A program made the translations under genes and the position numbers. The notes under the pieces were generated by a model. That model did not search any database. It was not told the DNA's origin and worked only from the letters and a program-made list of their open reading frames with translations. Shown here one piece after another: positions 50,264 through 63,700 of a stretch of 64,000 nucleotides of DNA (position 1 is the stretch's first letter; every line of letters starts with the position of its first letter). Origin of the DNA: Hemitrygon akajei (lineage: Eukaryota); assembly GCF_048418815.1 (NCBI RefSeq), contig NC_133154.1, positions 388,043 to 452,042 of the forward strand, given 5' to 3'.

Positions 50264-52646
50264 ACCAATTCTCCTATCTATCCTGCTTGTAATTTCTTCA
50301 AAGAATTCCACCAGATTTGTCAGGCAAGATTTTCCTTCGAGGAAACCATGCTGACTATGGCCTATTTTATCACGTGTCTCCAAATACCCCGAGGCCTCAT
50401 CCCTAATAATAGACTCCAACATATTCCTAACCATTGATTTTAGACTAATTGGCTTATAATTTATTCTGCCTTTCTGTCTTGACAAGATCACAAGACAAAG
50501 GAGCAGGAGTAGGCCGTTCGGTCCATCGAGTCTGCTCCACCATTCCACCATGAGCTAAACTATTCTCCCGTCTAGTTCCAATTTCCAGCTTTTTTCCCAT
50601 ATCCCTTGATACCCTGACTAATTAGATACCTGTCAATCTCCTCCTTAAAAACCCTCAATGATTGGGCCTCCGCAGCTGTATGTGGCAACGAATTCCATAA
50701 ATCCACGACCCTCTGGCTAAAAAAAACTCTTCTTGAAGAGTGGGGTGACATTTGCAATTTACCAGTCTTCCAGAACCATTCCAGAATCTAGTGCTTCTTG
50801 AAAGATCATTACTAATGCCTCCATGATCTCTTCAGCCATCTCGTTCAGAACCCTGGGATGTAGACCACCTGGTCCAGATGACTTAACTACCTTCAGACCT
50901 TTCTGTTTCCCAAGAACCTTCTGTCTAGTTATTGTAACTTCACATGCGTCATGCCTCCTGAACTTCTACCATACTGCCAGTGTCTTCCACAGTGAAGACT
51001 GATGCAAAATACTTATTCAGTTTGTCCACCATTTCATGATATCCAATCACTTCTTCTCCAGCGTCGTTTTCTAGTGGTCCAATATCCATCCTCGCCTTTC
51101 ACACTTTATGTATCTGAAGAATCTTCTGGTGTCCTCTTTAATATTATTCATTAGCTTATTTTTGTATTCCATCTTTATCTCCTTAATGACTTTTTTGTTT
51201 GCCTTCTTTTGGTTTTTAAAAGCTTCCTAATCCTCTAACTTCCTGCTAATCTTTTCTCTATTACATGCCCTCTCTTTGGTTTTCATGTTGGCTTTGACTT
51301 CTCTTGTTAGCCGTGGTTGTGTCATCTTTCCTTTAGAATACTTCTACCTCTTTGGAATGTGTATATTCCGTGCCTTCTGAATTGCTTCCGGAAATTCCAG
51401 CCATTACTGCTCTGCCATCATCCCTGCCAGTGTTCTTTTCCAGTCAATTGTAGCCAGCTCCTCTCTCATCCTCTGTAATTCCCTTTACTCCACTGTAATA
51501 CTGATACATCTGACTTTAGCTTCTCCTTCTCAAATTTAAGGGTGAATTCAATCATATTATGATCACTTGCCCCTAAGAGTTCTTTTACCTTCAGCTTGCT
51601 AATCAATTCCGGTTCATTGCACAACACCCAATCCAGAATCCAGAAAAGCCATCTCGTAGGCACTCTAGAAATTTCCCCACCTATAATCCAGCACCAACCT
51701 AATTTTCCCAATCTACCTACATATTGAAATCCCCTATGACTATTGTATCATTGCCCTTTCGGCATTTCGGATTTGTAAGCCACATCCTACTGTTCAGGGG
51801 GTCTGTATATAACTCCCATCAGGGACTTTTTACTCTTTCAGTTCTCTAGCTCTATCTGCACTGATTCAACACCTATTGATTTGATTTTTTACCATCAGAG
51901 CAACACCACCTCCTCTGCCTTCCTGCCTATCCTATCGATACAATGTGATCTCTTGGACATTAAATTCCCAGCTATAATGTTTAGCCATGACTTAGTGATG
52001 TCCATAACATCATACCTGCCACACTTGGCCGCAGTCCATCATACACTGTAAACCTGTTCTTCCATTCCTCAGACCATCCCAACCCACAAATCAACAAGTC
52101 ATCTCTTGCTTTAGGCCAGGTGGGGGAAGATAGGAACTCTGACTGTTGCTGATTCTCTTACACACAAAGACAGACACTATGCTTCGAATCTGGGATCCCT
52201 CTGTCCTTATGTTGGAATTGTGCAGTCCCAGATCCCCATTTGAGCCAATCCCAACTGCTTGAGCTTACCCTCTAACTCTCAAAACCTTTCCCATCCATGG
52301 TTAATGTACCTGTCACAACCACTTCCTGCAGCATGTTCCATATATAGAACACTCCCTGGGTGAAATAGTTGTCCCCCAGGTCTCCTTGCTTTCAACCTGT
52401 GCTCTGCAGTTCTCAAAAGGAAAGGTTGAGGGATATGGGCAAACATGGGACTAGTTCGAATAGGGAAGTGGGTCGGCAGGGACCGGTTGGAAGGGCCAGA
52501 TTCCCTGATGTGTGGCTGTATCTGCAAGTCCAGCACGTTTCTTTCAGAGTGAATGGTGGAACCCATTTCTGGTACCACAGAAGCAGACAGAATGTCATGC
52601 TTTGTCCGTACACTCCACATGGCACCCATTCTAACCTTTCCACACA

Positions 52647-52758
52647 CCTCAAGGATAGCCCTCCGGATCCACCAGCATTTTCTGAATCATCCGCTTTGAA
52701 GACCTTGGCAGCCCCTTCCGAAGGGTCCTCCTGCTGATGTCGTTTCAGAGGATGCACA
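52647..52758 (-). CDS. KIF22: Candidate KIF22 neck/linker exon ((G)VHPLKRHQQEDPSEGAAKVFKADDSENAGGSGGLSL)
   Basis: Acceptor tcccctctcttcaag, donor GTGTGT. The phase-1 start and phase-2 end exactly bridge the motor exon (ends phase 1) and the exon at 38936 (starts phase 2). The composition matches the acidic linker of Kid. Confidence 0.4.
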
Positions 52759-53793
52759 CCTTGAAGAGAGGGGATTGCAATGAAGAACAAGAGTCATGGA
52801 TTGACAGTTATACAGTACAGACACAGGTCCTTTGGCCCAACTCACTCCCACCTTCCCCTAGGCCTCTAACCCATGCCAATCCATGTACTTACCCGGAAAT
52901 GTTTAAACATCGTCAATGTGGCCATCTCAACCACTGTTTCTGGCAACTCATTCCAAATAAACACCACCCTCTGCATGAAGAAGTTGCCACTGATGGCCCT
53001 TTTAAATCACTCTCCTCTGATCTTAAACTGCTGCCCTATGTTTTTTAGCACCCCCCCCCCCCCCAAGAAACAGGCTCTGTGCAATCTTTGCCCTGCATGA
53101 TCTTATAAAACAAGTAGGCCATTTGGCCCATCGAGTCCGCTCCGCCACTCCACCGTGGCTGATTTACAATCCCTCTCATCTCCACCCTCCTGCCTTCTCC
53201 CCGTAACATTTGACACCCTGACTAATCAAGAACCTATCTACCTCCACTTTGAATATACCTAATGACTTGACCTCCATTGCTGACTGCGGCAATGAATTCC
53301 ACAGATTCACTACCCCCTGGCAGAAGAAATTCCTCCTCATCTCTGTTCTAAAGAGGCACCCCTCTATTCTCCGGTCATAGACTCCCCTAGTATAGAAATC
53401 ATCTCTATAGCCACTCTGTCTGGGCCTTTCATTATTCTAAACTCAAGTGAGTACGGGTCCAGAGCCATCAAACACTCCTCATATGTTTCATTCCCTGGAT
53501 CATTCTCATGAACCTCCTCTGGACCCTCTCCAATGCAGAATTGCTCAGAATACTTCAAGCATGGAATGACCAATGACTTACAGTGCTATAAAAAGTATTC
53601 ACTACCGCCCCTTGGAAGTTTTTATACTTTAATCATTTCACAATATTAAATCACAAGTGCATTTAATTTGCATTTTTTGATACTAATCAACAAAAAAAGA
53701 CTGTTTCAAGTCAAAGTGAAAACCAATCTAGAATAATTAGAAATATAAAACACAAAATAATTGACTGCATAAGTATTCAGCCCTTTAATTCAA

Positions 53794-54088
53794 ATGAGAG
53801 GACATGATTTGAGAGTTAGGGGGCAAAAGTTTAAGGGAAACACGAGGGGGTATTTCTTTACTCAGAGAGTGATAGCTGTGTGGAATGAGCTTCCTGTAGA
53901 AGTAGTAGAGGCCAGTTCAGTTGTGTCATTTAGGGTAAAATTGGATAGGTATATGGACAGGAAAGGAGTGGAGGGTTATGGGCTGAGTGCGGGTAGGTGG
54001 GACTAGGTGAGATTAAGAGTTCGGCACAAACTAGGAGGGCCGAGATGGCCTGTTTCCGTGCTGTGATTGTTATATGGTTATAATATGA
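53794..54088 (+). repeat. CR1 3' tail copy A; inverted partner of 54830..55130
   Basis: It is about 96% identical over about 290 bp to the reverse complement of 54830..55130. Confidence 0.7.
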
Positions 54089-54425
54089 TACACCAAGTCT
54101 TCACTGGTGCAGCCAATTGGTTTTAGAAGTCACATAATTAGTTAAATGGAGATCACCATGTGCAGTCAAGGTGTTTCAATTGATTGTAGTAAAAATACAC
54201 CTGTATCTGGAAGGTCCAACTGTTGATGAGTCAGTATCCTGGCAAAAATTACACCACGAAGGAAAAAACCCTAAGAAACTCCATGAAAAGGTTATTGAAA
54301 AGCACAAGTCAGGAGATGGATACAAGAAAATTTCCAAGTCACTGAATATCCCTTGCAGTACAGTTAAGCCAATTATCAAGAAATGGAAAAAATATGGCAC
54401 CACTGTAAATCTGCCTATTTCTGAG

Positions 54426-55705
54426 GACACTTGGAATGAAATTTTTAAATTGGTTAATACTTCATCGTTATGCACCTGTCATTCCCTTCTACAATTTAAA
54501 GTGGTTCATACAGCCCATATGTCTGAAGGTAAGCTGTCTCATTTTTATTCGGATATATCTCCCTATTGTGATAGATGTAATAATGGAGAAGCTTCACTAA
54601 TCCATATGTTTTGGACTTGTCTGAGTCTTGAAAAATATTGGAAGGAAGGTGCTTTTTAAACTAAATTTTAAACCTAATCCTTTGACTGTCTTATTTGGTA
54701 TTGTCGGAGGAAATTATATTATTTTGGAGACACATGATTTGCATAATTTGGCCTTTATTTCTCTTATAGCTAGGAGGGCATTGTTGCTTAAGTGGAAGGA
54801 TGCCACTTCACCCACTCATACTCATTTCATGATGTTATATAACCATATAACAATCACAGCATGGAAACAGGCCATTCCGGCCCTCCTAGTCCGTGCCGAA
54901 CTCTTAATCTCACCTAGTCCCACCTACCCACACACAGCCCATAACCCTTCACTCCTTTCCTGTCCATATACCTATCCAATTTTACCTTAAATGACACAAC
55001 TGAACTGGCCTCTACTACTTCTACAGGAAGCTCATTCCACACAGCTATCACTCTCTGAGTAAAGAAATACCCCCTCGTGTTTCCCTTAAACTTTTGTCCC
55101 CTAACTCTCAAATCATGTCCTCTCGTTTGAATCTCCCCTACTCTCAATGGAAACAGCCTATTCACGTCAACTCTATCTATCCCTCTCAAAATTTTAAATA
55201 CCTCAATCAAATCCCCCCTCAACCTTCTACGCTCCAATGAATAGAGACCTAACTTGTTCAATCTTTCTCTGTAACTTAAGTGCTGAAACCCAAGTAACAT
55301 CCTAGTAAATCAATTATGTCTTGCTTAAATTTAGAGAAGATTCACCATTCAATTTCTGAACCTAGACAAGATTTTTTAAACATTGTGGGGACCTTTTTTG
55401 AATTACTTTCAAAATCTTTGATTTGCTATTAAGCACAGATGTTGGCTAATAATATGTTTTACTATATGTTAAGGATTTTTTCCTTTTCTTTTTTTTTAAA
55501 CCAAACAGCTGTATTTTTTTTCTGGTAGTAGGTTTAGATATTTTGTATAATAAAATTATTTTTTCCAATTTTATGTTTAAATTTAATCTATATGGATATG
55601 GGGTAATTACACTTCATCTGTGATTTCAATATATTGTAATTGAAATATATTATATATCTTACTGTACCCTGTATTCTTTTATGTAAGAAATTAATAAAAA
55701 TATTG
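54426..55705 (+). mobile_element. 5'-truncated L1-like 3' fragment inserted in the Tc1 element
   Basis: The ORF at 54171..54659 reads SLCTCHSLLQFKVVHTAHMSEGKLSHFYSDISPYCDRCNNGEASLIHMFWTC. It is homologous to 46130..46330 of the large L1 copy. The A-rich tail is aataaaaatattgaaaaagaaaaag. An approximately 125-bp duplicated Tc1 segment flanks it. Confidence 0.65.
54830..55300 (-). mobile_element. CR1 3' tail copy B, nested in the L1 fragment
   Basis: The ORF at 54914..55300 (-) reads GLYSLERRRLRGDLIEVFKILRG...RGHDLRVRGQKFKGNTRGYFFTQRVIAVWNELP. Confidence 0.7.
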
Positions 55706-56989
55706 AAAAAGAAAAAGAAAAGCACAAGTCAAGAGATGGATACAAGAAAATTTCCAAGTCACTGAATATCCTTGGAGTGCAGTAAAGTCAATCATCAACA
55801 AATGGAAAGAATATGGCACAGCTGTAAATCTGCCTAGAGCAGGCCATCCTCAAAAACTGAGTGACCGTGCAAGATGGGGACTAGTGAGGAAGACCACCAA
55901 GAGACCTATGACAACTCTAGAGGAGGTACAAGTTTCAGTGGCTGAGATGAGAGAGACTGAGCATACAACTGTTGCCCAGGTGCTTCACCAGTTGCAGCTT
56001 TATAGGAGAGAGGCCAAGAGAAAGCCACTGTTAAAAAAAAAACACAAATGAAATCTCAGCTGGAGTTTGCCAGAAGGCATGTGGGAGACTCTGAAGTCAG
56101 CTGGAAGAAGATGCTATGGTCTGATGAAACCAAAATTGTGTTTTTTGACCATCAGACTAACACTACACTTGGCGTAAGCCAAACACCACACATCATCAAA
56201 AACACACCATCCCTACCATGAAGCACAGTAGTGGCTGCTGTGGGAATGCTTCACTGCAGCAGGCCCTGAAAGGCTTGTGAAGGTAGAGGGTAAACTGAAT
56301 GCAGCAAAATACAGGGAAATCCTGCAGGAAAAAGCTGATGCAGTCTGCAAGAGAACTGTGACTTGGGAGAAGATTTGTTTTCCAGCGAGACAGTGACCCC
56401 AAGCATAAAGCCAAAGCTGCACAGAAATGGCTTAAAAACTATAAAGTTAATGTCCTGCAGTGGCCAAGTCAGAATCCAGAACTCAATCCAACTGAGAATT
56501 TGTGGCTGGACTTGAAAAGTGCTGTTCACTTATAATCCCCATGCAATCTGACAGAGCTTGAGCAGTTTTGCAAAGAAGAATGGGGAAACATTGCAGAGTC
56601 CAGATATGCAAAGCTGATAGAGACCTATCCACACAAATTCAAGGATGTAATTGTTGCCAAAGGTGCAGCTACTAAATAATGACTTGAAGTAGGAGAGTAA
56701 TTATGCAATCAATTATTTTGTGTTTAATAAAGTAATAATTTGAGACCTAGTTGTAGAAATTTGGTTTCACATTGGCACGAATGTTTTTTCTGTTAATCAG
56801 TGTCAAAAAAGCCAAATTAAATCCACTGTGACTCCGTGTTGTAAAACAATAAAACATGAAAACTTGTGGGGGGGGGGGGGGGGGGGCGGTAGTGAATACA
56901 TTTTATAGGCACTGTATGAAGCCTCAGCATTACATCCTTGTTTTTATGTTCTGGTCCTCTCAAAATAATGCAAATACTTGATTTGCCTT

Positions 56990-58110
56990 CCTTATCACTG
57001 ACTCAACCCGCAAGTTAACCTTTAGGGAATCCTGCACGAGGACTGTCATGTCCCTTTGCCCCACTGATTCCTGATTTTTCTCCCAACTTAGAACCTTTAT
57101 TCTTTCTACAACCGTGTAAGTGCGTACACTTGCCTACACTATATTTCAGCGCTATATCTTTGCCCTTTCCCCTAATCCAAGTCCTTCTGCAGACTCCCTA
57201 CACTTATCTTTCTATCATCGACAAATTAAGCCAGCCATCCAAGTCATTGACATAGAACATTAAAAAAAACAATCCCAACATCAACCTCTGCGGAGCACCA
57301 CTAATCACCAGCAGTCAAACAAGAAAAGGCTCCCTTTATTTCCACTCTTTACCTCTTGCCAACCTTCTATCCATCCTAGTACCTTTCCCATAATTCCATG
57401 GGCTCTTAGCTTCTTAAGCAGGCTCATGTGTGACATCTTGTCAAAGGCCTTCTGAAAATCCAAATAAACAACACCCACTGACTCTCCTTTGTCTATCCTT
57501 CCTGTTATTTTCTCAAAGAATTCCAACAGATCTGTTAGACAAGATTTCACCTTAAGGAAACCATGATGACTTTGGCCTATTTTATCTTGTACGTCCAAGT
57601 ATCCTGAAACCACATTCTTGACAATAGACTCCAACATCTTCCCAACCACTGAGGTCAGGTGAATTGGCTTATAATTTCCTTTCTTCTGCCTGCCTCTCTC
57701 CCTTCTTAAAGAGTAGAGTAACATTTGCAATTTTCCAGTTCTCTGGAACCATTCCAGAATCCAGTGATTCTTGAAAGATCATTACTAATGCCTCCACAAT
57801 CTCTTCAGCCACCTCTTTCAGAACCCTGGGGTGTAGACCATCTGGTCCAGGTGACTTGTCTATATTCAGATCTTTCAGCTTCCCAAACACCTTCTCTTCA
57901 GTAACAGCAACTGCACTCACTTCTGTACCCTGACACTCATGAACCCTTCCAAACATTTTATTAAAATCCACATCCACTGGTCTGCATTCATCAATGTGCT
58001 TTGTCACATTCAATTAGGCTTGGGAGGAATTGCTTGCCTCTCACAAATCCATATTGACTATCCCTCATCAGAGCATGTTTCTCCAAATGCCTGTAAATCA
58101 TGTCTCTAAG
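56990..58110 (-). mobile_element. CR1-like RT fragment
   Basis: ORFs at 57305..57730 and 57669..58013 carry VYLDFQKAFDKMSH and KSPGPDGLHPRVLKEVAEEI. Confidence 0.65.
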
Positions 58111-58562
58111 AATCTTCTCTAATAACTTATTCACCCCTGAATAAGACTGACTGGTCTATAATTCCCAGGGCTATCTCTACTGCCTTTCTTGAACAAAGGA
58201 ATAACATTTGCCCTCCTTTGATCATCTGTTCCTACTCTGTGGCTAGTAAGGACACAAAGATCATTGGCAAGGACGCAACAAACTCTTTGCTCACATCCCA
58301 TAATAACCTGGGGTATATCCTCAGCCCTGGGGCAGCTAATGTTTTCCAAAAGTGCCAGTATAACCTCTCATTGCTCAAGGTTTCCAGTATCTTCAGGATC
58401 TGTTGTGTCTCTGAATAAAGTGACATTCCAGAAGCTCACCAGTGCAGTATGAGAGACACCGTGTGTAGTCCTGGTCTGTCTGTGACGCAGAGAGTGACTG
58501 GGCCCCATGTGACAGCCAGATTCAGGGTGTAGCTTTAATACGCCAATTCCTCTGACACTCAC

Positions 58563-58716
58563 CGATAGGTTGGATGGTTTCACTGGTGAAAGGATGGTTG
58601 ACGATCAGCTTGGACTTGGCAGCAAAGTTGAGGGCGGTCAGGGTGTTGAAGTAGTGCTTGTATTCAGGTGCAATGTTGGTGATCATTACACTGTGAGCCG
58701 TGCCTCCCAGTGAGTC
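58563..58716 (-). CDS. KIF22: KIF22 exon encoding the C-terminal part of the kinesin motor domain
   Basis: The translation is [52 protein letters not shown]. It aligns with Kid DSLGG.[44 protein letters not shown]. Acceptor ccaaccccaccccag, donor GTGAGTGTC. Confidence 0.75.
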
Positions 58717-58779
58717 CTGGGGTGGGGTTGGACAAAGAACCTGTTACACACCCTGATCAGTTCAAACCCCCCCTTCCAA

Positions 58780-60710
58780 ATCAAAGTACAAAATTTCAAA
58801 GTACATATATGTCACCATATACTACTTTGAGATTCATTTATTGCAGGCATTCACAGGAAAAAGAAGAAATACAATAGAATTTATGTTCTATAAGTGTATA
58901 CCTCAGATAAATACTTTGTGGAGATTTGTGGATATATATGATTATATGATATATATGTACAATGTCTGAAATACATCTTATGGAAATGTTTGATGATGAA
59001 CTTCAATAAAAAAATAAATTACAAAAAAAGAATTTATGGAAAAAATATACATAAATAAAGACTAACAAATAAGTAATGTGCAAAACTAATGAGGACATGA
59101 GTTGCAAGAAGAGAGAATTGTAGGTTGAGTAGTGATCAGTGACATTATCCACGCTGGTTTGGAGCTGAATGGTTACAGGGTAATAACTGCTCCTGAACCT
59201 GGTGCTGTGGGACCCTAAGGCTCCTGTGCCTCCTGAAGATGGTATTAGCAAGAGGAGAGATGGTCTTTTCGGTGGGAACTTGATGATGGAAGCCACTTTC
59301 TTGTGGCATTGCTCCTTGTAAATGAGCTAAGTGGTGGGGAGGATTTTGCGGTGATGGATTGAGGTATGTCCACCACTTTCTTTAGCCTCTTTAGTTCCTG
59401 GGAACAGTCAGAGAACTATATTGGAAGCAAGACCAAGGAGAGGATGAACAAACAAGGTCTTTTGCTTTGGAGTCATGGAAATGAGAGGTGACTCGGTAGA
59501 GGTGTACAAGATGACAAGAGGCATAGATGGAGTAGACAGCCAGGGCTTTTTCCCAGGGTGGAAATGATTAATACAGGAGGGCACAATATTAAGTGACTGG
59601 TGGAAAGTACAGGGAAATGTCAGAGGTAGTGTTTTTTTTAAACACAGAGAATGATGGGTGTGTGGAATGCACTACCAGGAAGATACATTAGGGACACTTC
59701 AGACACTCTTAGATAGGTACATGGATGAAAAGGAAGAAAATGGGAGGTTTGAATCACTTCTAGGATTTGAAGTGTTAGATTGATTGTGGAACAGATTAAA
59801 AGCTCTGCACAACATCACTGCGCTATAGTGCTCTATGTTTTAAGGAAATGACTGCGGGCTTCAGGACAGGGCAGTCGAGAGGACACCCACCAGTCCCTCA
59901 ACGAGGAGTCAGTGGTGGAATACATGCTTAGCACACTGCTCAGTCCCTATACACTCAGGACTGTGTGCCCAAGTGCAGCTCAAATGCCATCCATAAATTC
60001 ACCAATAACACCACTGCTGCCGGCAGAATCTCAGGTGGTGACGAGGGGTCATACAGGGGTGAGATATATCAGCAAAAACTTCGCACGAAACATCAGCATA
60101 ATGAAGGAACTGATAGTGGACTGCAGGAACAGGAGGTTGGGAGAACACACACCAGTAGGATTAGCAGTGGAAAGGGTGAACAGTTGCATACTCCCAGGTG
60201 TCAACATCTCGGAAGATCTATCCTGGGCCCAACACATCAATGCAATCACAAAGATGGCACATCAACTTCATTGGGAGTTTTAGATTTTTTTAAATGTCAC
60301 CAAAGACTAGCAAATTTATACAGATGAACAATGGAGAGCATTCTGATTGGTTATATCACCGTCTGGTATGGAGGCTCCAATGTCATAAGAGACTGCAGAG
60401 ACTGACGTCTCAGATAGCTCCTTCACAGGCACCAGCCTCTCTACCATTGAGGACATCTTCAAAAGATGGTCCCTCAAGAAGACAACATCAATCATTAAGG
60501 ACCTTCACCATCCAGGATATGCTCTCTTCTCATTTCTACCATCGGGGAACTGAACAGAATACTCCAAGTTCAGCAATTTCTTTACCCGGTCGTTGGAATA
60601 TATGTGGAACTAGCTGCCAGAGGAGGAAGCACAACAGTATGTTGGGAAGGCCATACGTGGGAGTATTGTGTACAGTTTTGATCTCTCAACTGTGGGAAAT
60701 ATGCCAATAA
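58780..60710. mobile_element. LINE-X fragments
   Basis: The 3' end at 58780..59300 is in minus orientation. The fragment at 59860..60710 is in plus orientation. Tail ORF at 59003..59296 and ORFs at 59912..60283 and 60294..60710. Confidence 0.5.
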
Positions 60711-60719
60711 GCTGGAGCA

Positions 60720-63700
60720 AGTGCAGATGTGATTTACAAGGTTATTGCCAGTACTCGATGGGCTGAGTTATGGAGAGGGACTCAAGGAAGTGATTGAGGA
60801 AGGAGAGAAGTTGGCAGGTTGGTATTTTATTCATTGGAGTGTAGAAGACTGAGGGGTGACCTTACAGAAGGGTATAAAACCACGAGGGGCACAGATAGGG
60901 TGATTGCCCAGGGTTGGGCAATCAACAACCAGAAGGCACAGTTTTAAGGTGAGAGAGGAGAAGTTTAATAGAAACTGATGGGCAACTTGTTCACCCAGAG
61001 GGTGATCTGTTTATTGCCAGAGGAAGTGGATGAGACAGGTACATTAACAACATTTGAAAGACACTTGGACAGGTATATGGATAGGAAAGGCTGAGAGGGA
61101 TATGGGCCAAACCTATGTGGACTGGCATGGATGGGAATCTTGGTTGGCACGGATTGGTTGGGCTGAAGGGGAATGCACCCTCTGTGAATGGAGAGCTAGA
61201 GGACTATTTCTTCCTTCGACAGAAGGTTGGCAGTGACTGAGGAGAGGCAGCTCAAGGTATGATTTATGGTGTATTACTTTGGATACTGTTGGGGAGGGCA
61301 GGGCAGGATGACCTCGCAGAGGAAAGTCACAGCAGTCAGATCTCTGGCACTCAGAAAGGAAGGCGAGGGGGAGAGGCAACCCTCTTCATTGGAGTGTAAG
61401 AGACTGAGGAGTGACCGTATGGAGGAGTATAAAACCATGAGGGGCACAGATAGGGTGAATACACACAGGGGGAATTTTGGGGGATTTGTTAGTTAGGGGA
61501 ACAGAAAGGAGCTTCTGTGATAAGAATAAGATTCACAGACTGTATGTTGCCTGCTGGGTGCCAGGGTGCAGGACATCTCAGACATCAAGTCCTCAGCATT
61601 CTTAAATAGGAGGGTGAACAGCCAGAGGTCGCGGTCCACGTAGCACAAGTAATGATGTTCTGCAAAGTGAGTTCAGGAAGTTAGGTGCTAAATTAAAGGG
61701 CAGGACCTCCAGGGTTGTGATCTCAGGATTGCTGCGTACCATGTGCTACTGAGGCCAGAACTAGGAAGATTAGACAGTTTAACACTTGCCTAAAGAGTTG
61801 ATGCAGGAGGGAGGGCATAAGGTTTTTGGATTATTGGGCTCTCTTCCACAGAAGGTGAAACATGTACAGAAGGGACAGTTTGTACCTGAACTGGAGCAGG
61901 ACGAATATCCTAGTGGGAAGGTTTGTTAATGCTACATGGTGGGGTTTAGACTAGAATTGCAAGGAGATGGGAACCAGAATGCCAGAACCTTGTGGAGACA
62001 GATGTTGATAAGACGTCAGACAAAGTCAGGAATCAATAGATTGAGCATGGAGCAAGTAGTATCATAAGAAAGGCAGATTAGCTCAGGACATGGATCAACT
62101 CCTGGAATTATGATGTTGTATCGGTTAGTGAGACTTGGCTGTGGGAGGGTTAGGAATGACAGCTCAATATTCTGGGATTCCATTGATTTTTAGATGTGAC
62201 AGAACAGAAGAGATTAAAGGAGGGGAAAATGTCACAGCAGTGCTCCACCAAGACAGACTGGAGGACTTATATAGTGAGATGTTACGGGTGGAACTGAGAA
62301 ACAAGAAAGGTATGACCACGTTCATGGGGCTAGATTACAGACCACCATAGTCCTATGGATTTAGAGGAACAAATTCGAAGAGCAATCACAGACGGTTAGA
62401 AACATAGGGTTGTTATAGTAGGTGATTTTAACTTTCCACACATTGACTGGGAATCCAATACTGTAAAAGGACTAGATGGGATAGAGCTTGTCAAAGGTGT
62501 TTAGAAAAGTTTCCTTCATAGAAGGCCTAATGAGAGAGTGTGCGATATTGAATCTGCTATTAGGGAATGAAACAGGACAAGTGGCAGGTTTGTGTAGGAA
62601 ACACTTTGCATCTAGTGACCACGATGTCTTAGTTTAAAAGTAAATATGCAAAAGGATATGCTGGTCTGTGGGTTGAGATTCTAAATTTGAGAAAACCCAA
62701 TTTTGATGGCATCAGAAATGATCTGGCAAGTATAGATTGGGACAGGCTGCTTTTTGGCAAAGGTGTACTTGGTAAGTGGGAGGCCATCAAAAGCGAAATT
62801 TTGAGAGTACAAAGTCAGAATAAAAGGTAAAGATAACTAGTGTAGGAAACCTTAGTTTTCGAGAGATATTGAGGCCCTGATTAAGAGGGGGGGAAAGGTG
62901 CATAGCAGGAACAGGCAGGTAAGAACAAATGAGATACTTATGGAGTACGAAATGCAAGAGAAAACTTAAGAAAGAAATCAGGAGGGCTAAAAGAAGGCAT
63001 GAAATTGCTCTAGCAGACAAGGTGAAGGAGAAGTCTAAGGGATTTTAAAGATATGTTTTTAAGATAAAAGGATTGCAAGGAACAAAATTGGTCTCCTGGA
63101 AGGTCAGAATGGTAATCCATGTGCAAAGGCAAAACAGATGGGGGAGATCTGAAATGATTTTTTTTGCATTCTGTATTTACTCAGGAGACAGACACAGAGT
63201 CTATAAAAATGAGCCATAGTGGCACCAACTTCCTGGACCCTGTACAGATTACAGAGGAGGATGTGTTTGCTGTCCAGAGGGAAATCAGGGTGGACAGCTC
63301 CCCAGGGCCTGAAAAGATGATCCCTCAAACCCTGTGGGAGGCAAGTGCAGGAATTGCCAGGACTCAAGGAGAGATATTTAAATCATCCTTAGTGACAGGA
63401 GAGGTAGCGAAGGATTGGAGGATAGACAATGTTACTCTGCTGTTTAGAAAAGGCTCCAAACATAAACCAGGAAATTATAGGCTAATGAGACTGACATCAA
63501 TTGTAGGAAAGTTATTGGAAGGTATTCTAAGGGACTAGAAAAAGAAGTATTTGGATAAATATGGACTGATTAAGGATAGTTAGCATGGCTGTGTGTGGTA
63601 GATCATGTCTAACCAATCTTTCGAGGAAGTTACAAGGAAAACAGATTTTGTCTACGTGAACTTTAGAAAGGCATTGGACAGGGTCCCATATAGGAGGTGT

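Larger units (their letters stand above)
53581..56914 (+). mobile_element. Tc1-like DNA transposon, composite, with nested insertions
   Basis: TIRs cagtgctataaaaagtattcactaccgcccc and ggcggtagtgaatacattttataggcactg. TA flanks at 53579..53580 and 56915..56916. The transposase N-terminus is at 54171..54425 and the rest at 55710..56680 (WPSQNPELN). The element is interrupted by a CR1 tail at 53794..54088 and an L1 fragment at 54426..55705. Confidence 0.75.
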
